From contig CT868661.1 in assembly GCA_000165425.1 (NCBI GenBank), positions 1 to 64,000 of the forward strand: a DNA stretch of 64,000 bases, given 5' to 3'. Source of the stretch: Paramecium tetraurelia. Taxonomy: Eukaryota. The stretch's first letter is position 1; each line of letters starts with the position of its first letter. Positions 24,653 through 35,997 of this stretch are shown piece after piece. The notes under the pieces are model-generated. The model saw only the letters and a list, made by a program, of their open reading frames with translations. It was not told the DNA's origin and made no database searches. Position numbers and translations under genes: made by a program.

Positions 24653-26569
24653 TCAGGTAAACTAAACTAACTATAGAGAATCAGAGTTGTCTAGATCTAC
24701 TAACATCCGATCATCTGTTTTAATGTCCTTAAGTAAATTATCATTCTTTATCTCCTTCTTAATATAATTATTTTCCTCCTTCTTAATATCATTATTTATC
24801 TCCTTCTTAATATCTTTATTTACCTCCACCTTAATATCGTTCTTTATCTCCACCTTAATATCATTACTATTTAGGCCTTTGTTAATCACATTTGTATTTT
24901 ATGCACTTAATTAACTTTCCTATTAGCTGGTTGTTTGATACAGATTCTAAGTGGGTTTTTCTTCATTAGTTTTGAATTGTTTTTGGGAATACCTTTCTTC
25001 AAACAGTTATTTGGTTGCTTAAAATTTATCCATTTATTAGTAAATTACCACTTTTTGTTTTTCTTTTTCCCAACTCAAGTAAAACTAAGCGTCAAAAGTG
25101 ATGGTTCCAATTTCTCCATTCTTCTCATCTTCTTTATAAAAGATACCATTGCCTCTTTTTCTAAAAAACACTATTTTTGAGTTATGTTTCACAATCAATA
25201 GACCCGGACTTTCTAGATAAATTATGGGGAAATTATGTGATAAATCAGTATTGAGATCATAAAATTCATATTTTTAGTTAGCTTATTATTAATTTGATAC
25301 TTCTTTGTAAAATGTCAAATGCCTACTCGAATTCTCTTAAACTACAATAGTGTCATCTCCAACGAAACTACATCTATATACTGAATTCTGCACTCTTATT
25401 TTGTTGAGTACATTCCAATCACCTAATTTTTTTTCCCAAATAAAAATTTGTTTATCATAACTACAAGAAATAAATTTCTACTTTTCTTTAATTTAATAAT
25501 CCAATTAATACACTGTGTTATTATGAGAAAAATTTAGCAAATATTTACTTTTTTATTCGAGTATTTAAATTCTCTTATGTTCTTAAGATTCTATATTAAT
25601 TATAGTTTTCATATCTGCATTATTGATGCAAAATAGATCATTACCTGAAGCTGATATTAAATCTTCGTTATTTGAAGTAAAGATGATACTGTAGATGGGA
25701 TTTTCGTATATAATCTCTGCTTTTAGTTGGTACTCTTTTTTTTTTGTCTCACATTCTACATAAATATTCATTCGCTTGTCATATGTGCCTCCTGCTACTA
25801 AATATTTATTATCTTCGCTAAAAACAACACTAGCGATATTATGAGTAAAATGTTTAAAACACTATCTTTCAATTACTTTCTTCTTTTCCATTACTAGTTC
25901 ATAGATTCTCAGTTAATTTTCTAATGCCATAGCAATCATTTAAGTATCATCACATTAACCCAAACTCATAGCTGTACAAACCCTGCCTTGCACATTAAAA
26001 TTATATGTAGGCTCATAATTAGTCATATCGTTTTAAAGTTGCTTAAAACAAGTTTTTAACTTATCGGAATAGAATTCTTGCACGTTAATGAGTTACTTAA
26101 TTGGATAAATTAGTTGTTTATATTAAGATTTCAGATCAAACTGGTCAAAGACATTTGAACAAACTTTGTGACAAACACTCTCAAATTGACTCAGAGATTG
26201 AGATTCTAAAGGATTATTAAAGATGGAGAAATATTCATGGATTTAATGCTTCACTTTTTGAACCTCATTAATGATTAATTGGACAGTAGAATTAAACTGA
26301 TCCTTATAATTGTTTAACATTAATTCCAAAGGGTTAGAAAATTTCTCAAATTCTTCTAAATTATCTTTTTCCTTTCCTTCTACTACTCCTATTTTTTCAT
26401 TAAGCACGTTTAAGAAATCATCAATGTGAATGAGATCTCCACCACTTTTTGTACATTTTTCACATCGCACTCTTGCACCCATTTTTATATTTTAACTGCG
26501 ATCTATATGTATGATCTTGTATTAATGTTCTGAACATTTAAGCTCCTTAATTTCTTAGAGAAATTACAT
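24653..26569 (-). CDS. B-box-like Zn motif, coiled coil and WD40 protein with repetitive C-tail
   Basis: KCSEHQ...VRCEKC N-terminus; VFSEDNKYLVAGGTYDK and ISCSYDKQIFIWE are WD40-like; the frame continues through the 24-nt repeats to TGA at 24653. Confidence 0.8.
24716..24865 (-). repeat. 24-nt (8-aa) coding tandem repeat, about 5-6 degenerate units
   Basis: NDIKVEIK NDIKVEVN KDIKKEIN NDIKKEEN NYIKKEIK ND...KDIKTD. Confidence 0.9.
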
Positions 26570-29500
26570 GTAATAATTATTTAAAAAAATCACAACATTT
26601 ATAATTAAAACTTCAATTAAAATCCTTAAGAATTTTAATAAATATAGTATTTTCATTCCTCATTCCTTTTAAATAAACCTTGAATTTCCATACACATCGT
26701 TACTCTTCAAAATCTCACATCATAAATTGTTTTTAAAGTACATATTAGTAGATTAAAATACTCACTACAATTGAGTGACAGATAGTGTTTTTGGAATGAT
26801 TGACCAAATATAAATGGAAGAATGATGTCTAATCTTATATATAATATATAAACTCTTACTTTTTTAAGTAATCTAAAGTATAACGTTTATAATTGCAAAT
26901 CTAATTTTATTACTCCTATAATTATAATAAGTTAAAAGTATACATGCTAAGAAAACATCACTTAAATATAGAAAAAGGGAGGAATCAAAAACAATATACA
27001 ACTGATAAATTTTCAGATTTTATCCCATTTGTAATCATGGGTACTCAAATAATATCAATAGATTCAAGTCTTCATAAGGCAGAATTTTTAACTAATAGTA
27101 ATTTCTAAACAAAAAATTCAATAATTAATAATTGTATAAAGTGGAATAACAAAATTAATATAGTTTATTATTTCATGTAGAAGGCTCTGTCTAAAGTATA
27201 CTATGCCTTATTCTTGGCCAAAAATCACTCGGGCTACCTTGTGGTTGTATTTCTCAAGAGATTATATTTTTTATATAATGTATTCTTTTTGGAAGATTTC
27301 TAGAAAGTCTTATAAAATTTAATTTTGTTCCTCCCAATTTCTATTGATTGATTTTATTTTTGGCTATCGTTATAAGATTTTTCAAGTAAAGAACAAAAGG
27401 TTTGGAATTCAAAATTTGAAAAGAGGTATTATGGACAACTCATTAATTAGAAACCAATAATATATTATGTGGATGCAAAAAACTATATTAAAGTGAATCA
27501 ATCACATATTTTCCCACTCAATAGTTTGATTAGGGGGTGAGTTTGCTAGCAGTTTGATTCAACTTACTTTTGAAGGTCTATTTCAGAAATAACCACAATA
27601 AATATATATATATAGGGATTAAAGATAAATGAGGTATGTTGATACGAGTAGATTACAACTATGGAAAGAATCTCAAAGTATTTCACATAGGTAATGATGT
27701 AATAATATATGATGAATCATTTCTGATTTCATATTGAAAATTTATTTTAGAAGTGATTTGGCTTCCTCCAATACTTGATATTATTGTTAGTGAGCTCTTG
27801 CACATAATCAAGGGAGCGCTACGGCATTAATTGGAGGAATTGATGTTTGATTTCTTTTAGATGACATTTGTTCTATGATAAACAATGATCGATTTGGCTG
27901 CTGGGTAGTTTATATTGAGACTTTTGGCTGCCTTTTGTCAAATAAGAACAAATATCTTACATGTTTAATTTTAAATCCCTTAATAAATACCAATTGCAGA
28001 AGAGTCCTTCTCTAAAAGGATGATACTTTTTAATATGGTCTGGAAGCAATAAAAAGTTATTTCATTAATTATTAAATCCCAATTAAGATATTATCAAAAA
28101 TTATTTATAGAATTTATGGATGAGAAGACACAGTAATTATAGCTTTATTAAAAATAATTTTAATATCCTTTCATGTTAATTTTGAATTTTTTTAATTATC
28201 CCTTCAAGCAAAACTTAGTTTATTAAATATATCATATTTAATTATTTTCAGTGATTTTTAATATATTTATTTTTAATTTATATATAAATAATTATGTAAA
28301 CTTTGCCAATCAGAATTTTGAATCAACAAAAATCAATTTAGAGTGGATACTTATAATTGTGTTGATTATCTTAAAAGTCATTAGAGAAGTTTGTAATATA
28401 TCAGAATAAATAGGATTAATGATTGTCTATCCCCTTAACTTCAGATATAATCCATTCATCTTAGTTTTCTAGTTGTCTATATTCCTTGAAATGATTTCAT
28501 TAATTTCTAATTTAGCTATTTTAAATATTTTTGTCTACACATAAATAAATTACATTTTAGATCAATCGCATCAAAATGTGATTCTAGTTTCTTTTATAAA
28601 TAAAAATCATAGGATTAGGTTTTAGTAAAGAAAAATAAGGATTTAGAATAATTATTGATTATTTATAATTAATTTACATAAATAATTAAAAAGTTTGATA
28701 TTTCAGCAAGACAATAAAATTTCAATTGCAATTTACACATTACGAATTCATTCTTAATTGGAATTGGGAGATCAAAATGATGAAAGTGAAATTTCAAAAA
28801 AAATATAAGATCACTAATTATAAACTTTTTATTGTAACATATTAAACCTGATTAATTAAAATTCATATTTCTTTTTATAAATTAATGAGAATGTTTAATA
28901 ATTTCCTCATTCACTAATTCCACTTAAACAAATCCATTTTCTGATGATTTCCACTCAAATCTTACAGTAATGTTGCTTAAAGTTTAGACAATGTTAATAA
29001 AAATAATAGAAAATATTACTGATTATAATGATTATTTACTCTTCTTTAGTATAATTGCAGCCTTAAGAGACCCACTTTGGGCTTTTAGGAAGATTCTTAG
29101 CAAGGCCAGGTGATAAATAATAAAATCGAATACTATTCTAGGCATAGTAATATTCTGGAAAGATCTAAATATACAGTAATTTAAGATGTTTCTATTTTGT
29201 AAAACTTCAAAATCGAATAAACAAGTGATGAACAAGTATTGCTACAACCAAAAGTCACATATAAGAAAATAGTCAATTCAATAGTTAAAATTATATATAT
29301 ATTGACATAGAAATAGAATCATCCTTATTTGATCATAGGGTATTCAAATTAATGTTATTTAACCACTTCTCCACCTATTTTCGATATAATAGTCAATTTG
29401 CACTTTTTTAATGAAAGTGGTGCAATCTAACATTCCTATTCCGAATTGTTTGAATGTTTAGACATCATAACATTTTTTCTATGGAAAATCATATATGTTT

Positions 29501-30036
29501 TGGCTGCGGCATACTTAATATTCAATTATTTAGCTGCCTATTTGTAATTTACGATATAATGTACGTCCTTTATTTTTAATCCAAAAAAGCAAACTAAATT
29601 CAAGAGTTTTTTTTTCTAAGCTTCAGATATCTTCGAGTAAGTTCTGGACTTATTTATATTTTTCCTCATTAAATACTCTCGAAAATTTAAATAAAAATTA
29701 ATTTTTAGCTACTTTTTAATAAATTATCTGATATATAATATCCATTAAAATCTTAATTCAAAAAGAGAATTAATAAATATTATTCCCCAAGTTTCAATTA
29801 AATGTCTTTAATTTAAATTATCAATTCTATTTAGTAAGGTAATTCAAACTTTAATAAGATCATTTCTGGAAATTATGAAATTATTGTTTAGACATCCTCA
29901 TAAAAGAGGGATTAAACACAGATTTAGAGAGATTTAAAATCAAGTGAGAAATGGATTTTTGTAAGTATTTCATTAACCCAAAGAGAATTGAAAAAATATA
30001 TTGGATTTGAATATGATAAATATATATTTTGATAAT

Positions 30037-30364
30037 TCATAATTTGTTTTTGTAGATTGCTAATCCTCTGGATCTGAGTTCTTATTCCCATTCTCGTGCT
30101 TCTTATTCGTAAAGATCTTTGAGCATGCAATTTCTTCTTTTCTTCAATTCTTAATAGGCATTTTCGACTTCTTTAGAATAGCTAGACAAATTAATAGATT
30201 GCACGTTACACTTTATTCATGAATTTCAATTCATTGACTTTGTCATATTTAGATTTTGATTCATGCCACCATGTGTTTCTGCTGATTGATTTCAAGTTCT
30301 GATCGTACCTTTCTGCCTCTGTATATTATTAATTTAATTTAATATTCCTTTTTATCTATTGCAT
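30037..30364 (-). CDS. CFAP141: CFAP141/C1orf189-like microtubule inner protein
   Basis: About 99 aa ending RRNCMLKDLYEQEAREWEQELRSRGLAIYKNKL*, which fits the family pattern RR..L..L...E...Y/W.QEL...G.A.Y; one intron. Confidence 0.65.
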
Positions 30365-30397
30365 TGTTAATTGTTATATAAATTAATAATTTAAAAG

Positions 30398-30960
30398 TCA
30401 TATTTTTTCCAACTAAATCCACAACATTTCATCTCCAATAGACCATTGCAATCCCTTTTTTCTGTATTGTTGATTCTGGACTTCAAAGAACTCTCCCAAT
30501 TTCTTGGTGCATTCCTATTCAAGGTCAATCAATTTGGGGGATTTGGTGATGCTAATGATAACTACAATGATGGAAATGAGTGTAGGTAACACAATGAAGA
30601 TGGTGCCCAGTAAGGTCAAGGTTGATTTCAAATCCTCATAGGAGAAGCCCAATACAAATAGGATGACTCCGACGATGAATAGGACCCAGGAGGAGGTGAC
30701 TGGGATAATGGATATTGAGACATACCATAAAACTTCTCAGTTTCGAGAGGGTCACTCTCTTCGATTCTACTTTTTTCACATCTGATTTTTTAACAAATGC
30801 GATTGGCTTAGAACACTGTTTCAGCAATGGAATCTTCTGAGACTGGCAGATAAGGGAGTTTGGCAGGCAAGGAGAAACCCAATTTGTCAGCGTAGACAGG
30901 GACTATGAGGATGTCTTGGGATGAGTTGGGAATACGTGAACGATCAATTTTTTATTTCAT
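30398..30960 (-). CDS. Two-TM protein, ERF4/Golgin-A7/CHIC-like (178 aa)
   Basis: TVFQANRIC, hydrophobic hairpin, then LGEFFEVQNQQYRKKGLQWSIGDEMLWIQLEK; 26-nt intron. The ORF is solid; the family call is tentative. Confidence 0.6.
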
Positions 30961-31912
30961 TATTTTTATATATTAACTTAATCATGGATTTCTAATTTCT
31001 GCAATGTTTGTATTAATCCTTGCTCTTTAATTGTCTTCCTATCCAAATGGGTTTGTGATTTCAGAATGCAATCTATTTCAGCATCATAGTTGCACTTGAC
31101 TATCTATCCGAAATACACAAACAATTAACTTATTTAATCATTAATATAAATCATTTCTATTTCAAGAGAATAGCGTTTAAAGTTTAAATGTTAAGATTAT
31201 TATTGAATTAAGGTAGTGAGTTATGAGATTGAAACATTCTTCGGTAATTGAAGTACAATATTACAACTAATAGAAAAGGCTTTCTTCAAAATATCAGATA
31301 AACAAGGAGTCATGTCTTTTTCAAGATCGTAAACCTCTTTCTTAAAATAATTCAATCCACCCCTACAAATTATAATACTCATATATACCAAGGTGGACAT
31401 AGAGTTAGAATGATGTTCTCATCGAATTCATGTTCAATCATTAAAAAATTATTTAATTGAGTCTCTATTGTCCTTTGGTAAATCGCAGCATTCGCTTGTA
31501 AATTTTGTAATTTCACAGGATCGAGATCGATGCAAAGTAGATTGTCAAATTTTGAAGCTAATTAAATGGCTAATCCCCCAGAACCACAGAACCCATCAAT
31601 AACTTATTTTATGGGGATTTTTTGATCAATAATTCTTTTGTGTAATCGTTCAGCAACATAAGAGGCAACTTCTTCAGGTACAACAGAATACCAAGATTCT
31701 TCATCTAAAACAATCCCTTCATCAAATTTCTTGAACAAGAAATGTCTCTTATGATAAAATTTTCTTATTTTCTTTTTCAACTAGATTGTGGGAGTAGTCT
31801 TTTCGTGATGTGCATTGAATTGCTTCTTGGTGATCATCACAGGCATAGGGAATGAACCATTAATAAGCATCAAAGTATTAAGAGGGAAATATTCAATCAA
31901 TTGTTAACCCAT
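30957..31912 (-). CDS. TGS1: Trimethylguanosine synthase (RNA cap guanine-N2 methyltransferase), 309 aa
   Basis: RHFLFKKFDEGIVLDEESWYSVVPEEVA...VIDGFCGSGGLAIQ...CPPW|GG...LPKN...EIEMIYINDQISQLFVYFG; 26-nt intron. Confidence 0.92.
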
Positions 31913-31922
31913 TAATTATAAT

Positions 31923-32396
31923 TCAACAACTTTGTTTCAGCTTAGGTTAAGATAATCGACCGATGAGACTCCTCTGAGACTGTTGAGTTCTCTTGAACCT
32001 TTCTCGTGCAAGTGGTGGCAATTCATACCTGTATTTGGGACTGGAGAAGAATTGATCCGTGCTTCGAAGCATCCTCTTGTAATTTTGCATAGGAGAGTAC
32101 TTCTCCTACACATTTAATCTACATACAGGAAATCATTCATACAACACATAGGTGTCCCTCCCAGTTCCATCACATTAATAGAATATGCGTTAGGGTACTT
32201 CTGAGGCTCTGGATGCAGGACTTGGCATCATGTTCATGCCTGTTCTGTTTTGTTGAGTCGTGAGAAATCTGAATTCAGTGCCGAAATTGCCACCATTGTT
32301 GTATGAAATATAAGTGTCTCTTCCGAACCCGTCGTTATTGTAAGAAGTTGGATTTTTTTCAGGTTTTGATCCTTTGTTTAAGATTGGTTGTTTCAT
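31923..32396 (-). CDS. Small protein with two YxxDGxGRDTY motifs (putative axonemal/microtubule-binding)
   Basis: SYNNDGFGRDTYISYNNGG...FYQCDGTGRDTYV...GRLSQPK; 24-nt intron containing an in-frame TGA. Confidence 0.75.
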
Positions 32397-32433
32397 AAAT
32401 TTAATTAATAAGTAATATATCATTATATCATTT

Positions 32434-33943
32434 TCAGTTTTATGCAATAATTTCCACTACCTTCACTGTTTGCTCGTCAATCTGCACTATCTGAAGTATG
32501 GCCTTGATCAGCTAATTCATATAAAGGACTATCAATTACACTCCTGCAAATGGGACACTCCTTGTTCTATTCGAACCACTGCATGGCACAATCACAACAC
32601 ATGCCTCCATGACCACATGGCATATAGACTACACAACTCTATCTTTGGATGCAATTGAAGCACTGTTTCATCGTGGGTTCTTGAACAGCCACTTCAGTGA
32701 TAGTAGCTTATTTGCTTGTGATAATATTGACCTCAGTCTGATGTCTTCGCATAACCAATTCGTCTGGCAGATAATAAGTGCTTGAAATCTTCACCATCTA
32801 GGTTGGATACTCTAGTTGGTTGTTCTTGTGTGTATTCTCTTTTAAGGAGTACACAAACTTTTTCTGACTTCTGGAACTCGGAAAACTCAGGATCTGTCTA
32901 TCTTGATTCCGATCCTCGTTTATGCGAGCAAAGTAATGCAAATTCAAAATGAATAATGTCAACAATTCTTTGTGATAAATAGTGTACACCATATAAACGA
33001 CCGTGTAAAACGCACTTACAATTATTGCCAGTAAATAGTTTTTTCTTCCGTCTTCATTTTACAAATACAAACACAAATTTATCATAGTGTAAGTTGGTAT
33101 CCCAGCAAAACTAAAGAAAAACATCGAGATCCAAACTAACCCCACTATTTTGGTTCCCATCTGCACCTTCACTTCCACGTTGCTGCTGTTAAAATATTTA
33201 CTCAGTTAAGCAGACAAATTAAATAGAGATATCAATTCCAAAAATATAGCTATCAATAGGAACATCCAGATTATTACAAAGGCATATAGCCAATGAATGG
33301 ACAACCAATCAATTAGTTTGAGATTGATAAAAGTTATCTATGTTATAAAACACAACTTGGCGAAAACACCCAACTACATTAATTCTAATTTAGGTACCAA
33401 ATTATATTAGTGTTTCTCCGATTTCCGCTTATGCAATTGCACTCCACTATAAAACATCCAAATTGCATTGTAAAAACATAACAGCATTCCTAAGTATTGT
33501 ATTTAAAAGCTCTGGTATTCAACAAAGTAAATCAGACAACTCTACATTTATGACCATCGATTACGTAATATGAGATTAGACCAATATTCCATGTCAATTC
33601 GAAACAGCAATCAAAATCAGTTTAAGCTCTTCATATTTTACTTAGTATTGTTACATTTTGTGATGAACTATGCATGTTTTTATGAGGTATATCAAGTGCA
33701 CCACGCTCAAGAACAACAGAGGAACTCTGAAACTCAATCCGAATGTCAATGACGATAAAAACAGAGTAAGAAAGGAATTAAACACTATCACTATCATTAA
33801 AGCCTAATTAAGCCAGTATATACAGAAGTTAACCAATTGTAAGCCACTTACATATTGATCAGTGCATCCGATTCGCCCACTTGGCCATCCTATTACAACT
33901 CCCAATTGTTTTCTCTTGAAACTTACGATTATTATTAAATCAT
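32434..33943 (-). CDS. Multi-pass membrane (TMEM185-like) C3HC4 RING E3 ligase
   Basis: LKLIDWLSIHWLYAFVIIW TM motif; CFNC...MPCGHGGMCCDC...CPICR; multiple tiny introns. Confidence 0.85.
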
Positions 33944-34112
33944 TATTTATATTATTAATAGAATTGATAATTCAAAACGCCAAACACTATTCAGTACAAC
34001 CTTACCAATTTCAATTCATTAATACTTGCTCTCATATATTAAATAATAAATTCTTAATTCATATATATATATCGTTATTAAATTTTGAATTTAAATAATA
34101 ATTAATATTTAC

Positions 34113-34416
34113 ATGAATAATTCTCCCTACATTGTCAAAAGGAAGCAGCGAATTGGAGATTGGGTGTGTGGCAATTGCAAAAATCTTAACTTCTCATTCA
34201 GAAACGCATGTTTAACTCAAGCTTTATTCATTTTTAGGTAATAGATGCAATAAACCCCCCACTAAAACACCCTCCAAACATTAATACAGAGGATTCCAAA
34301 CTCTAGTTCTGATCCATTATGAGGAACCAACTGAAAGCATGGATGATCTGCTTGAAAACTAAATCGATCCAAATGTCACATCAAGTCTATTAGTCTTAGG
34401 CTTAGATCAATTTTGA
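34113..34416 (+). CDS. RanBP2-type zinc-finger protein (91 aa), probably RNA-binding
   Basis: RIGDWVCGNCKNLNFSFRNA|CNRCN; 28-nt intron 34210-34237. Confidence 0.9.
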
Positions 34417-34949
34417 ATTTGTAATTTTTTCCAAATTTTTCTTTCATAAATTTTCGATATCAATACAATTCTATTTTAAATTGTAAATTAACTCGCTTTA
34501 TATGTTGCATTCTTGTTTAGAATTCCCACTGATTTAATGAGTTACTCAATGTCGCAAAATAATCTACCTTATACTTCTGTACATGAATGATTACTTCTAG
34601 AAAGACAATTATAAATTTAATCTAAAATCACAGCAAATTTACAGATAAATTTAGATTAATCTTGTAAAAATAATAAATATTTCATATTAATTTATACTTC
34701 TTTAAATTGATGCTAATTATTTTATATAGAATATTTGATATAAAATTTTGGTTTCTGTTGCTTAAAGATTAACTTGGATCTTTATCTTCGAGATTTTATA
34801 ATGGATATAAGAAATGGAATTGATTGATTCATTTAATTTGAGCTTACACTATGTGATTTTACTATTATAGCAAATGAATACTAATAGCAAATGTTCACAT
34901 GTATGAATTCTAAAAAATAAAACTTATTTATAAAACACTGTTAAATTCT

Positions 34950-35825
34950 TTCACTATTTTTTATGCGCAGCTTTTTTCTTTGTCTTATTCTTTTTCTCCT
35001 TTATTAATTAGTCAATTTTATTCAGATGATTGTTGTTATCAGAATTCTTCTCCTCAAGCTTGCCCTCTATTTTATAAGAATAAGGATCGATGTTGATTAA
35101 ATGTCTTTTTCTATCATTCAATATTTGGGTTCTATCTTTTTTCAACACAACCTAAGTGCCAATAATATGTTCATCAATCACATCAATCTTATTATTGTAT
35201 TCATCTATGAGGACCCCATCTTGTGATGTATTGACATTGAAAAAATCAAAGTTATTATTGATATAGATGAGGCCTTGTTAAATGGAAGATTTGAATTTTT
35301 CTAAAGCTTTTTCATAATTCTTGAGTTTTTTATTGTTGTTGCCAAAGCTAAATGCAATATATTCTTCATCACACTCAATCTCATTGAAATCTTATAAGTT
35401 AATTATTTATCCATTATCCATCCCTGATGCTGCTAATTTTTTATTTGTAATTTCGATATATAAATAAAATCATTTATCAAGAGATAATTTATATTCATAC
35501 CAACATTCATAAGGAAGAGATGAAACAAAATAAAGAGGATACAGTATAATTTAGAATGTGTCTTTTTTGTTAATCCTTTAGAGATATTACAAAAATAATT
35601 AATATATTTTACCATTACTTCTTAAGAATCTCAATTTAGAACAGTCCCTTTAGTCTATGCAAAAGTCTCTAATAAGGTTCCTCTCAAATTTTCAATAGTT
35701 CTCTGATTTGTTGTTCAAATTTTAACTTTTACTTTTTTAACTTTATAATCCCATTCTGATGCTATAAGAAATTCCCAAGAAAATGCAAATTTAAGATGTG
35801 TCTCCTTTTACTAGAAAGAGGCATA
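34950..35825 (-). pseudogene. Decayed gene remnant
   Basis: Protein-like stretches (FSWEFLIASEWDYKVKKVKVKFEQQIRELL; ECDEEYIAFSFGNNNKKLKNYEKALEKFK) broken by in-frame TGA and frame changes. Confidence 0.4.
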
Positions 35826-35997
35826 TTATTATTTTATATTATTCTCTTAAATAAAACAGCCTTTTCTAAAGAAATACTGTAGTTATACAAAAAAGTATAA
35901 ATTGAGCAAATTGCAAAGCAGAATTTCAACTGACTTAGTTCAAATAAGGAATTCATAAAATTATTATATATATTATACAGAATTTATTATTTGTGCA

